This document shows positions 38,367-47,879 of a stretch of DNA of 64,000 bases, piece after piece. Both the position numbers and the translations under genes were made by a program. The notes beneath the pieces were generated by a model. That model was not told where the DNA came from and ran no database searches. It was given only the letters and a program-made list of their open reading frames with translations. This DNA is from Minisyncoccota bacterium. Lineage in GTDB: Bacteria; Patescibacteriota; Minisyncoccia; Minisyncoccales; JAGOPM01. Location of the stretch: contig JBAZJI010000001.1 in NCBI GenBank assembly GCA_041651395.1, forward strand, positions 89,169 through 153,168. The letters are read 5' to 3'. How positions within the stretch are numbered: the first letter of the stretch is position 1; each line of letters starts with the position of its first letter.

Positions 38367-39359
38367 ATGAACTTCAATTATGCAAAAATTTGCAAATCCC
38401 TCTTGGACGGCGTACAGTCCCGCGCCAAAGAGGTGATCGTGCGCCGGTTCGGTCTTGCCGCCAGCGAGCCCGAAACCCTCGAGTCAATTGGCGAGGATTT
38501 CAAGATTACCCGTGAACGGGTAAGGCAAATCCAAGAGCGCGCCTTAAAACAAATAAAGGAAAATAAAGGGGCGCAATTACAGGAGATTTTCAAGTATTTC
38601 GCCGAGGAAATGCAGCAATTCGGCGGATTAATGCGCGAAGAGGAAATCCTCAAGAAATGGGGTGGTAAAGACAACCAGAACCATGTTCTTTTCCTGTTGA
38701 ATCTCAATGAGAATTTCAAATTCTCTTCTGCCAATAAAGAATATGTGGCTTTTTGGTATACCGACGATAATGCGGTCAAAGAAGCCAAAAAGACTGTGGA
38801 AGGTTTTGTTAAGTATCTCAAGACTAAAGGCGCTCCTTGCAAATTGAGTGAATATGAAACCGGGCTTTCTGATTTTGTTTTGAATAATTATATCAGCATT
38901 TCCTCTGAAATACTGGTGAATAGTGAAGGGCTTTATGGCTTGGCATCTTGGCCGGAAGTAAATCCGCGTAATATTAGGGACAAAGCTTTCTTGGCTTTGA
39001 AGAAGTTGAGTAAGCCGCTGCATTTTTCTGAAATCTATGATATAATTACCAAGAGCCTGACTGGCGGAGAGAAGGCGATTTTATTGCAGTCCGTTCACAA
39101 TGAGCTTATTCGCAATCCGGAATTTGTTTTGATTGGCCGGGGTATTTATGCCTTAAAGGAATGGGGCTATCAACCAGGTTGGGTTAAGGATATTTTGGTT
39201 GAGTCATTGAAAAAAGAAAGGCGTGGACTCTCTAAGGATGAGCTCATCGAGAAAGTATTGGCCCAGAGGCAGGTAAAAAAATCTACCATCCTCTTAAACC
39301 TCTCCGATAAAGGATTTTTCCTGAAAGATCAGGACGGTAAATATATTTTGAAGGCCTAA
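38367..39359 (+). CDS. Sigma-70 region-4-like HTH protein with a C-terminal HARE-HTH-like domain
   Basis: ETLESIGEDFKITRERVRQIQERALKQIK is a region-4 HTH. The C-terminal LHFSEIYDII...FVLIGRGIYALKEWGY resembles the RpoE-delta/HARE-HTH domain. Confidence 0.6.
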   Translation: MNFNYAKICKSLLDGVQSRAKEVIVRRFGLAASEPETLESIGEDFKITRERVRQIQERALKQIKENKGAQLQEIFKYFAEEMQQFGGLMREEEILKKWGGKDNQNHVLFLLNLNENFKFSSANKEYVAFWYTDDNAVKEAKKTVEGFVKYLKTKGAPCKLSEYETGLSDFVLNNYISISSEILVNSEGLYGLASWPEVNPRNIRDKAFLALKKLSKPLHFSEIYDIITKSLTGGEKAILLQSVHNELIRNPEFVLIGRGIYALKEWGYQPGWVKDILVESLKKERRGLSKDELIEKVLAQRQVKKSTILLNLSDKGFFLKDQDGKYILKA

Positions 39360-39411
39360 GCGTTTTATTCGCTTTGCTGCCCATAAAAAAGCGGGGAAAT
39401 CCCGCGAAACA

Positions 39412-39666
39412 ATGACCATATTGGCCATAGGCGTCATAATTTTGAGCGTACTGGCCGTGATTTTCTGGTTTGTGTTCTTTGCCTTAATGTACGCATGGAC
39501 CGCAGGGAGTCCTGACGATCCAAAATTCTTCAAGCCGGCATTTTTTGTGACCTGGATACAGTTTTTGAATTATTTTATGCCGGCATTACTTATAACTCTT
39601 TCTCTTGTCGGCGCTATTTATATTTATTCATTCATAAAAGAATATGGTCTTTTTCAGTTCCATTAA
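39412..39666 (+). CDS. Small 3-TM membrane protein
   Basis: 84 aa with three hydrophobic segments. Its stop is 4 nt before the next gene. Confidence 0.5.
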   Translation: MTILAIGVIILSVLAVIFWFVFFALMYAWTAGSPDDPKFFKPAFFVTWIQFLNYFMPALLITLSLVGAIYIYSFIKEYGLFQFH

Positions 39667-39669
39667 AGC

Positions 39670-41064
39670 ATGATACTTGAGTGGCTGGGACAAATTTATT
39701 ATTTTGTTTTACGGGTAATCTGGTACTGGTGGTGGGTGCCGATGCCTTTTTATTTGCAATATAAGCTTCGCGACTATTATGATTTTTGGTCGTGGAATGA
39801 ATTTTGGGGTTTGGGAAATTTCCGCAAAAACTTTATTGTTTTAGAAATTATACCTCCGAAAAACTTGGCGAAGACCTTCAGAACCATGGAAGATTTTTAT
39901 TCCGGAATCTGGGGTATGCTTTATACTCCAGCTAACTGGCGTGAGCATTGGTTGGAGGGTATGCCTATCCATTACGGTGGCCCGGGCTGGTTTGCTTTGG
40001 AAATCGCCACTATTGCGGGCAAAGTGCATTTTTATGCCCGCATCCCTAAATCATTTAGGGGAGTTTTTGAATCTAATTTGTATGCCCAATATCCTGATGC
40101 GGAAATTTCTCAAGTGGAAGATTATACCACCGAGATTCCTTGGGATGCGCCTAATGATACCTGGGACCTCAAGGGGGAAGATTACCGCTTATTAAAAGAC
40201 GACCCCCTGCCACTTAAAACATATTCACAATTTTTCGAGCCGAAAATGGGAAAAATCGATGAGCAGCGTTTGATTGACCCGATTCATTCTCTATTGGAGG
40301 CTATGAGTTCGGTAAAGTCTGGAGATAGGCTCTGGATACAGTTTGGCCTTATTCCTTTTGGTAATGAAATAAAATATGCTGAATATGCCGAGAGGGTTAA
40401 AAATAAATACGCTAAAAGGAAGGAAAAGGAAGAAGCATCTAAAGGTTTTAAGTTGAAGGATTTAATTGATCCGATTCTTGCTGTTTTAGGCAAGGTAGCT
40501 GAGCCGACCCCTTTTCGCTCGGCGGCCTCCCAAGCTTTGGGCGGACCAGCCATGGTTTATGTTCCTCCCAAGCCCGAAGAAAAAAAGGAAGAAAAGGAAG
40601 ATAAGACTTTAACTCCGGGAGAAAGGGAGCTACTAGAGGCTATCGAGGAGAAAATTGCCAAGAGGAGTTATCTTTGTTGGATAAGAACTATTCATCTTTT
40701 TAATAAAACTTTGCCCCACGACAGTGGAACCTGGGGAATCACACGCACTTATTTTCAGCACTTTGCCGGGTTTAATAGTATTCTTTTTTGGGGACAGACG
40801 CGCACTAAGATTCAATATATTTTAAGGCCACGCCGGCTTTATATCCGCAAAAGGAAGATCTATAAGAATTACCGCTATTGCCTCCCGCCCCGGCCGGATT
40901 TCAAATATATTCGCAGTAAAGATATCAAATTTGGTCCGCTGTTTGTCTTAAATATTGAAGAATTAGCCACGCTTTATCATTTTCCCAACCAACTCGACGC
41001 TCCGCGCATGTATCAAGTTGGTCCCAAAAAGGCCGAACCTCCAACAAATTTACCCATGGAATAA
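39670..41064 (+). CDS. Conserved-looking hypothetical protein with an N-terminal W-rich TM (partner of the VirD4-like ATPase)
   Basis: 464 aa with a W/Y-rich N-terminal TM (VIWYWWWVPMPFYL), a central K/E-rich linker and a basic C-terminal part. Tightly spaced with the flanking genes. Confidence 0.55.
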   Translation: MILEWLGQIYYFVLRVIWYWWWVPMPFYLQYKLRDYYDFWSWNEFWGLGNFRKNFIVLEIIPPKNLAKTFRTMEDFYSGIWGMLYTPANWREHWLEGMPIHYGGPGWFALEIATIAGKVHFYARIPKSFRGVFESNLYAQYPDAEISQVEDYTTEIPWDAPNDTWDLKGEDYRLLKDDPLPLKTYSQFFEPKMGKIDEQRLIDPIHSLLEAMSSVKSGDRLWIQFGLIPFGNEIKYAEYAERVKNKYAKRKEKEEASKGFKLKDLIDPILAVLGKVAEPTPFRSAASQALGGPAMVYVPPKPEEKKEEKEDKTLTPGERELLEAIEEKIAKRSYLCWIRTIHLFNKTLPHDSGTWGITRTYFQHFAGFNSILFWGQTRTKIQYILRPRRLYIRKRKIYKNYRYCLPPRPDFKYIRSKDIKFGPLFVLNIEELATLYHFPNQLDAPRMYQVGPKKAEPPTNLPME

Positions 41065-41076
41065 TCAAGCATTTGC

Positions 41077-42957
41077 ATGACTTCAGACAAATATACATTT
41101 TTTGCTTTCGCCAACTTTCGCGGCCAGCTTAAAAAATTCGGCATCAAGCCTGATGACCGGAGAAGGCACATGTATGTCATCGGAAAAACCGGTATGGGTA
41201 AATCCGAACTTTTACAGAACATGGCCATCCAAGACATTATTAATGGCAATGGTATGGCCTTTATCGATCCCCACGGAGATGCGGCCGAAAGGCTCATTGA
41301 AATGGTTCCGGAGAATCGCATAAAAGATGTTGTTTATTTTAATCCGGCCGATACCGACTATCCTTTTGCTTTTAATGTCATGGAGTCTGTCGATATCGAC
41401 AAAAGGCACTTGGTAACTGCCGGTTTGATGGGCGTATTCAAGAAAATTTGGCCTGATGTTTGGAGCGCTCGCATGGAGTATATTTTGAACAATACACTTT
41501 TGGCTCTAATGGATTATCCCGAGGCCACGCTTTTGGGTATCAATTGGATGTTTTCCGATTTGGAGTACCGGGAAAAAGTGGTTAATTCCATTCAAGATCC
41601 GGTGGTTAAGAATTTTTGGACCAAGGAATATGCCCGTTACAACCAACGCTATGAAGTAGAAGCTACGGCCGCCATTCAGAATAAAATCGGTCAATTTATC
41701 TCCAATCCTTTGATCCGTAATATTGTCGGTCAGCCGCATTCCAGTATCGATATCCGGCATGCGATGGATGAGGAAAAAATTATTATCCTTAATCTTTCTA
41801 AGGGCCGCGTGGGCGAAGATAATAGCCGCCTGCTTGGCGCGATGTTGGTTACTAAGATTTATTTGGCGGCCATGAGCCGGGTGGATATTGCGGAAAAGGA
41901 TCGACGGGATTTTTATCTCTATGTCGATGAGTTCCAAAATTTCGCCACAGAGGCCTTTGTTAATATTTTGTCTGAAGCGCGCAAATACCGCCTTTGCCTC
42001 ATTTTGGCGCACCAATATATCGCCCAGATGGAAGAAACCGTGCGCGATGCCGTTTTTGGTAACATGGGCACGCTTGTCACTTTTAGAATCGGGGCTGAAG
42101 ATTCTGAGCATATGGAAAAGGAATTTGCCCCAACCTTTTTGGCTGCGGATTTTGTTACTTTGCCTAAATATACTATTTATTTGAAATTGATGGTTGATGG
42201 TCTGGCAGGCTCGCCGTTTTCGGCCAATACTTTGCCGCCATGGCCCACTCCGCCCAAAACTTACGTGAGCGAAATAATCGAATTTTCGCGCAAGAACTTT
42301 GCTACGCCCCGGGCTATTGTTGATAAAACGATTGCTGACTGGGCCAATGCCCAAAAGGGCCCGGCAGATATGCCGCAAGGCAAGGGCGGGGAGCGCGGCG
42401 GCTTTAGCCGGGGTGCCGGAGAGCCAAGCTCTATCAGCCCCACTGGCGTTAAGCTCTATGATGCCAAATGCACTTCCTGCGGCAAGGATTTTAAGGTGCC
42501 CTTTGTTCCAGATACGAGCCGGCCGCTTTATTGCAAAACTTGCCTAAAGACTGTTATTGAAGGGAAGCAAAAGCCTCAGAGTACGCAGAATAAAATGGAA
42601 TACATGTCTTTGACCAATATCGGGTCACGCGAGGCTATGCCGTTTTTTATGCCCAAGGAAAAAGATGATAAAAAACGGCAAAACAAACCCGTAGATACAG
42701 ACGCGCTAAAGGATTTAATTGAGCGGGCATTCGAAAAGGGTGAAGGCGGTTTGATTCCCGAGTCAGAGGAATATAATGAAGGGCAACTAGAAGACCATCA
42801 AACTTTTTCCGGAGAAGACAATGAGGATTTAGATAATACTTATCCGTTTAGGGAAGAAGTTTCTCAAATTGATATGCCCGATATTGATTTATCCGAGGAG
42901 GAACCGCAAAAAGGCAAGTTAGAGCCGGGCAAAAAAGTGAAATTCGAAAAAAAGTAA
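41077..42957 (+). CDS. VirD4/TraD/TraG-like (HerA-FtsK superfamily) P-loop ATPase with a C-terminal CxxC-x17-CxxC zinc-ribbon motif and acidic tail
   Basis: Walker A IGKTGMGKSE, Walker B-like FYLYVDEFQNF and ARKYRLCLILAHQYIAQM (TraG/TraD C-terminal type). The cysteine motif is CTSCGKDFKVPFVPDTSRPLYCKTC, followed by a D/E-rich end. Confidence 0.75.
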   Translation: MTSDKYTFFAFANFRGQLKKFGIKPDDRRRHMYVIGKTGMGKSELLQNMAIQDIINGNGMAFIDPHGDAAERLIEMVPENRIKDVVYFNPADTDYPFAFNVMESVDIDKRHLVTAGLMGVFKKIWPDVWSARMEYILNNTLLALMDYPEATLLGINWMFSDLEYREKVVNSIQDPVVKNFWTKEYARYNQRYEVEATAAIQNKIGQFISNPLIRNIVGQPHSSIDIRHAMDEEKIIILNLSKGRVGEDNSRLLGAMLVTKIYLAAMSRVDIAEKDRRDFYLYVDEFQNFATEAFVNILSEARKYRLCLILAHQYIAQMEETVRDAVFGNMGTLVTFRIGAEDSEHMEKEFAPTFLAADFVTLPKYTIYLKLMVDGLAGSPFSANTLPPWPTPPKTYVSEIIEFSRKNFATPRAIVDKTIADWANAQKGPADMPQGKGGERGGFSRGAGEPSSISPTGVKLYDAKCTSCGKDFKVPFVPDTSRPLYCKTCLKTVIEGKQKPQSTQNKMEYMSLTNIGSREAMPFFMPKEKDDKKRQNKPVDTDALKDLIERAFEKGEGGLIPESEEYNEGQLEDHQTFSGEDNEDLDNTYPFREEVSQIDMPDIDLSEEEPQKGKLEPGKKVKFEKK

Positions 42958-42972
42958 GACTGTGCTATAATG

Positions 42973-42999
42973 ATTGGGAGATGAAAACTCCCAATTTTT
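42973..42999 (+). terminator. Hairpin with T-run abutting the pgk start codon
   Basis: ATTGGGAG (42973-42980) / CTCCCAAT (42988-42995), then TTTTT up to the ATG at 43000. Confidence 0.6.
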
Positions 43000-44181
43000 A
43001 TGAATAAATTAGCGCACATTAAAGATGTGGAGGTTGCCAACAAGCGCATTATTTTAAGGTGTGACCTCAATGTTCCTTTTTCTCCCGACGGGAAAATAAT
43101 TGACGATTTTCGTATTGTTAAAAGTTTGCCCACGATAAAATATTTACTGGAAAAAGGGGCTAAATTGATAATTATCAGTCATTGCAGCTCGGAGAATAAG
43201 GATAAAGCGGCGCCCGCGCCCTCTTTGCGGCCGGTAGCCGAATATTTGGAAAATGTCTTAAAAAAGGAAGTGGTTTTTGTGGAGGATTTTACCCAACAGT
43301 GCAAAGAAGCTTCTAACCCGGCTAATGGGTATGAATTGGTCCTTTTTGAAAATATTAGAACCAATCCGGGCGAGGAATTAAACGATCGGGAGTTTGCAAA
43401 AATGTTGGCTTCCTGCGGGGATATTTATTGCAATGATGCTTTTGCGGTGAGTCACCGGGCGCATGCTTCGGTTGCCGCTATTACAGAGTTTTTGCCATCT
43501 TATGCGGGATTTTTACTCGAGTCGGAGGTTAAAACTTTAAGCGAGGTTTTGAATAATCCTCAAAGGCCCATGGTCGCTATCATCGGGGGCGCCAAATTAA
43601 AAACCAAAGTTAAGGTTATTGATAATTTTTTGCAGAAAGCTGACCATGTTTTATTGGGCGGCAATGTTGCTAATGTTGTTTTGCAGGCTAAAGGTTTGAC
43701 GATTTCCGGGGAATTGCCGCAGGGTGAGGCTCTCGAAATGGCCAAAAAAATAGATATTACCAATTCTAAGCTTCATTTGCCGGTTGATGCGGTTTTTAAG
43801 TTGGCTCAAGGCGGGAATAATTATTCCCGAACCAGCCCAATAGGGACCTTACGCAAGGAGGAGGTTATTTTCGATATTGGTCCGGAGACGGTTAAGTTGT
43901 TTTCCGAAGTGATTAAAACCGCCAAAACAGTTTTTATCAATGGGCCTTTGGGATTAGCCGAGGATGAACACTTTGCCAAAGGAACTTTGAGGATATTCCA
44001 AGCCATAAAAGAAAGCCAAGCGTTTTCCGTAGCCGGCGGCGGGGAAACAAATGCTTTTTTGAAAGATCATGGCTTATTGGATGCGATAAGTTATATCTCT
44101 ACAGGCGGGGGCGCAATGCTCGAATTTGTAGAGGGGGTGGAATTGCCCGGGCTAAAAGCTTTGGGGTATTATAATGGCTGA
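43000..44181 (+). CDS. pgk: Phosphoglycerate kinase
   Basis: RCDLNVP, AIIGGAKLKTKV and STGGGAMLEF motifs. 393 aa. Confidence 0.95.
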   Translation: MNKLAHIKDVEVANKRIILRCDLNVPFSPDGKIIDDFRIVKSLPTIKYLLEKGAKLIIISHCSSENKDKAAPAPSLRPVAEYLENVLKKEVVFVEDFTQQCKEASNPANGYELVLFENIRTNPGEELNDREFAKMLASCGDIYCNDAFAVSHRAHASVAAITEFLPSYAGFLLESEVKTLSEVLNNPQRPMVAIIGGAKLKTKVKVIDNFLQKADHVLLGGNVANVVLQAKGLTISGELPQGEALEMAKKIDITNSKLHLPVDAVFKLAQGGNNYSRTSPIGTLRKEEVIFDIGPETVKLFSEVIKTAKTVFINGPLGLAEDEHFAKGTLRIFQAIKESQAFSVAGGGETNAFLKDHGLLDAISYISTGGGAMLEFVEGVELPGLKALGYYNG

Positions 44182-45355
44182 TAATTCATTATTGAATTTG
44201 CGCGAGGCTGCCGCTTTGATTAAAAAGATAGCTAAAGAAAAAAAGAGCGTTATTCTTTACGGTGATGCTGACATGGATGGGGCCAGCAGCGTTTTGATTA
44301 TGCGCGAAATTTTTCGGAGCCTCTCGGCGATCTATCGCAAAGAAGAAAAATTAAGAATTTATTTTCCCAATCGTTCCAAGGACGGCTATGGGCTGAATAA
44401 AAAAGCACTAAAAGATTTGCGCCAATATGCCCCTTGCTGGATAATTATGGTTGATTGCGGCATTGGAAATATTAAAGAAGTGGCCCAAGCCAAAAAATTG
44501 GGCTTTCAAAGTATTATTATTGACCACCATCGGGTTTTAGAAAAAATGCCCGCGGCGGAGATTGTTATAGATCCGCACCAGCCCGGCGAGCAATATGAAT
44601 TCCGGGAATTTTCTAACGCCGGGCTTTGTTTGCGTCTAGCCGAGGAAATAATCAAAGATAAGAAAAAGATATCCGAAATTTATATCTGGACTGCCTTGGC
44701 TAATATTGCCGACCAGGTTCCTGATCGGGGCGAAAATGAGGAAATTACCCAGAAAGGTTTGAAGCATTTGCCCGAGGTAAAAAATATCGGATTGCGCAAG
44801 CTGATGCAATTAGTGGAATTTAAGAATTCCGGCAAGCCTGAGGTGGTGACAAAAATTGTCGGCTCGCTTAACAGTTCGGAGAATATTGGCTTTCTCAACG
44901 AAATATATTTACTTTTAGCCTCCACTACTTCTGATGAGGCGGAAAAGTGGGCCAAGAATCTTTTGAAGGGGAGTAAAGAAAAATCGGAGAAAAAGCGTTT
45001 AGTGGTAGAAGAGGTTTCAAAGCGTTTAGAGGAGGTGGGGAAAAAAGAGAATATTATTTTTGAAGGGGATAAAAGTTGGAGGCTAATCCATTTGGGGAGT
45101 GCAGCTTCTGAACTAATGCAAAAATATCACATTCCGGTTTTTTTATACGCCATTGATCGGCAACAGTCTACCGGCTCAGCCCGTTTGCCGAAGGGTTTTA
45201 ATGGAGTAGAGGCGCTAAGTTCCTGCAAAGAATTATTGGGGACCTACGGGGGGCATCCGCCGGCCTGCGGTTTCAAGTTCAAAAACCAGAATGCAGCCAA
45301 GGTAAAAAAGAAATTGATCGAATTTTTCAAAGAGCATAATTATGATAACCATTAA
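44174..45355 (+). CDS. DHH/DHHA1-family phosphoesterase (short RecJ/NrnA-like)
   Basis: GDADMDGASS, MVDCGIGN, IIIDHH and GGHPPACGF motifs. Confidence 0.8.
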   Translation: MADNSLLNLREAAALIKKIAKEKKSVILYGDADMDGASSVLIMREIFRSLSAIYRKEEKLRIYFPNRSKDGYGLNKKALKDLRQYAPCWIIMVDCGIGNIKEVAQAKKLGFQSIIIDHHRVLEKMPAAEIVIDPHQPGEQYEFREFSNAGLCLRLAEEIIKDKKKISEIYIWTALANIADQVPDRGENEEITQKGLKHLPEVKNIGLRKLMQLVEFKNSGKPEVVTKIVGSLNSSENIGFLNEIYLLLASTTSDEAEKWAKNLLKGSKEKSEKKRLVVEEVSKRLEEVGKKENIIFEGDKSWRLIHLGSAASELMQKYHIPVFLYAIDRQQSTGSARLPKGFNGVEALSSCKELLGTYGGHPPACGFKFKNQNAAKVKKKLIEFFKEHNYDNH

Positions 45356-45755
45356 CACAGACGGCGGGGCGAGAGGAAATCCCGGGCCAGCGGCCATCGG
45401 AGTGGTAATAAAAGACGGCAAGGGGAAAGTGGCCAAAGAATATGGCAAAACAATCGGGGAGGCAACGAATAATATCGCCGAATACAGTGCGGTTGTTTCC
45501 GCCTTGGAGACTTTAGCAAAACTTTTGGGCAGTAAGGCTAAACGGGCCGAAGTTTTAATTGAGGCCGATTCGGAATTAATCGTCAAGCAGCTGAAAGGGG
45601 AATATAAAGTGAAAGATGCAAATTTGCAGAAAGAGTTTATTAAGGTTTATAACCTTAAGCAAAAATTCTTGCAGGTTAGCTACAAACACATCCCCAGAGA
45701 AAAAAATAAGCGAGCTGACGAATTAGTAAATGCCGCCTTAGATAAAGATATTTGA
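45342..45755 (+). CDS. rnhA: Ribonuclease HI family protein
   Basis: TDGGARGNPGPAA, NNIAEYSA and a C-terminal NKRADELV motif. 137 aa. Confidence 0.85.
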   Translation: MITINTDGGARGNPGPAAIGVVIKDGKGKVAKEYGKTIGEATNNIAEYSAVVSALETLAKLLGSKAKRAEVLIEADSELIVKQLKGEYKVKDANLQKEFIKVYNLKQKFLQVSYKHIPREKNKRADELVNAALDKDI

Positions 45756-45757
45756 TT

Positions 45758-45786
45758 TTGACTTTTTGTTAATTTTGTGTTATATT
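45758..45786 (+). promoter_or_regulatory. rnpB promoter
   Basis: TTGACT (45758-45763), 17-nt spacer, TATATT (45781-45786), 6 nt before the P1 helix. Confidence 0.7.
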
Positions 45787-45792
45787 AAAACT

Positions 45793-46133
45793 GCCTAAGC
45801 AAGCAAACAATCGCTCTCTATCGCAAGATTGGGGGAGGAAAGTCCGAACTTTCACCGGCCGAAAGGTTGGTTAAAAAAGTAGCGGCTAACAGCCGTCGCC
45901 CGCGAGGGTTGAGGTGCGAACAGTGACGGGTCGCAACGAAAGACGCGATCGCCCCGCAAGGGGAAGCCTTGTAGTAATGCAAGGGTGAAACGGCCAAATC
46001 CTTACTGGATGCAAGAGCAAATTCATTCGCCTTTGGGCGGATGAAAAAAAGTAGCTCGCTTGACCTGTCAGGTAACTGATCAGGCAGACAAATGATTGTT
46101 TAATACAGAATTCGGCTTATTACTTGCTTAGGC
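45793..46133 (+). ncRNA. rnpB: RNase P RNA (bacterial)
   Basis: Universally conserved GGAGGAAAGTCCG and ACAGAATTCGGCTTA blocks. P1 pairs GCCTAAGCAAG (45793-) with CTTGCTTAGGC (-46133). A GC-rich island in AT-rich DNA. Confidence 0.92.
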
Positions 46134-46205
46134 TTTTCTTAAAAGCCTAAATAGAAAATATTTGCCGGCGGCGGCCGGCAACTCAAATCCAAACTAGAGG
46201 GCAAA

Positions 46206-47879
46206 ATGATTAAAGCTTTATTAAATTCCAAAACTAAAACAGTTGCGCAGGGAGCTATAATAATAGCAGTATCTCAATTAATCAGTAGAATTTTAGGGCT
46301 GTTACGTGACGGCCTTTTTGCGCGGGCCTTTTCTACCACTGATCAGGCGGGTATTTATTTTGCCGCTTTCAAAATTCCTGATTTTGTTTTTAATTTTTTA
46401 GTGGCGGGCGGGCTATCGGTAATTTTTTTACCCGTGTTTGCGCAATATTGGCACAAAGAGGGCAAAGAAAAGGCTTGGGAAATGGCTAATTATGTCATCA
46501 ATGCTATTTTTGTGATGCTTTCGCTTTTCTCTTTAGTATGCTTCATTTTTGCCTCGCAATTAATGCGGACTTTTGTCCCGGGCCTTTCTGAGGCGCAGCT
46601 GGCCTTAGCTGTGCCTTTAACGCGTCTACTGCTTTTGAGCCCGATTTTTATGGGTTTATCGTCTTTATTTTCTTCAGCCTTGATGCATTTCGATCATTTT
46701 GTCAGTTATAGTTTGGCGCCTATTCTTTATAACTTAAGTATTATTGGTGGAATTATTTTTTTAGCTCCGAGGTTTGGGATTATGGGGGTTGGCTATGGAG
46801 TAATAGTGGGAGCTTTTTTGCATTTTGCCATTCAGATTCCCACAGCGGTGCATAATGGGTATAAATTCCAACCGGTATTAGATTTCAATTTTCCGGCCTT
46901 ACGTAAAATTTACCGCATCGGTCTGCCGCGCATTATCGCCGCTTCCAGTCAGCAGCTTGATGATTTATTGACTACCGGGATAGTTTCAGTGGTTGTTAGC
47001 GTGTCGGCCATTTCGGTTTTGGCTTACGCTTATAACCTCCATTATATTCCGGTTGGGCTTTTTGCTTTGCCTTTTGCGATTTCGGCCTTTCCGACCCTAT
47101 CCCGCCAATGGGAAGCAGGGGAAAAAGAGAAATTTTTTGAAAGTTTCGATAATACCTTGCGGCAAATCCTTTTCTTTTCCATACCACTGGCAACACTTTT
47201 ATTTCTTTTGCGGGCCCAAATAGTCCGGTTGCTCTATGAATCACTGGGAAATTTCGGCCGGGCGGGAAATTTCGGTAAGGAGGCGGTAATGCTCACGGCA
47301 GCCTGTCTGGGCGTGTATGCTTTGACGACTTTTTTTACTTCGGTTATCCCGCTGCTCATCCGGGGGTTTTTTGCCGCCAAAAATACCTTAATGCCCACGG
47401 TTATTTCTATTATTTCTATTGGTATCGATATTGCTTTTTCGTGGATATTCCCGGTTTTAATCAAAGGCAATCCGTTTTTCGCCCAAATGGTGGCTGGCGC
47501 TTTGGATTTGGAAGTAGTTAAAGATTTTTCCGTCGTAGGCGTTCCTTTGGCTCTTTTATTGTCTTCAGGTATTCAAGTTATTTTGCTTTCGATATTTTTT
47601 ATGAAAAAATACGGTGATTTTGGCCTTCTTAAAACCGCCAAATCCGCGACGAAGATGTGTTTATGTTCTTTACTTGCCGGGGGCGTTTGCTATGCCGCGC
47701 TTCTCTTCTATCCCGAAGCTTCGATTTTTCCCTTTGCCGCGCGCAATCCTGTTATTTTTTTATTTATTAAAACCCTTGTTGCTGGCTCTTTGGGTGTTGG
47801 CATGTATTTGTTTTTTTGCTATGTTTTTAAGGTCGAAGAAATGGAAAAGAGCCTAAAGGCCTTTTTGGGAAAATTATAA
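46206..47879 (+). CDS. murJ: Lipid II flippase MurJ (MviN family)
   Basis: 557 aa with about 14 TMs and an N-terminal LGLLRDGLFARAF motif typical of MurJ. Confidence 0.82.
   Translation: MIKALLNSKTKTVAQGAIIIAVSQLISRILGLLRDGLFARAFSTTDQAGIYFAAFKIPDFVFNFLVAGGLSVIFLPVFAQYWHKEGKEKAWEMANYVINAIFVMLSLFSLVCFIFASQLMRTFVPGLSEAQLALAVPLTRLLLLSPIFMGLSSLFSSALMHFDHFVSYSLAPILYNLSIIGGIIFLAPRFGIMGVGYGVIVGAFLHFAIQIPTAVHNGYKFQPVLDFNFPALRKIYRIGLPRIIAASSQQLDDLLTTGIVSVVVSVSAISVLAYAYNLHYIPVGLFALPFAISAFPTLSRQWEAGEKEKFFESFDNTLRQILFFSIPLATLLFLLRAQIVRLLYESLGNFGRAGNFGKEAVMLTAACLGVYALTTFFTSVIPLLIRGFFAAKNTLMPTVISIISIGIDIAFSWIFPVLIKGNPFFAQMVAGALDLEVVKDFSVVGVPLALLLSSGIQVILLSIFFMKKYGDFGLLKTAKSATKMCLCSLLAGGVCYAALLFYPEASIFPFAARNPVIFLFIKTLVAGSLGVGMYLFFCYVFKVEEMEKSLKAFLGKL

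Noticed and set aside
39386-39406. GCGGG-gaaat-CCCGC hairpin as a plus-strand terminator after 38367-39359
   Set aside because: No U-tract follows it on the plus strand. The A-run precedes it, so it looks like a terminator only for the minus strand, where there is no gene to terminate.
41506-42378. 290-aa minus-strand ORF
   Set aside because: It lies entirely antisense to the well-supported VirD4-like ATPase gene. Its composition is R/I/F/N-rich and it has no motifs, so it is a typical shadow ORF. The same reasoning applies to the other antisense track ORFs inside confident genes, for example 644-1060, 2569-2985, 10665-11066, 38378-38842 and 54567-54953.
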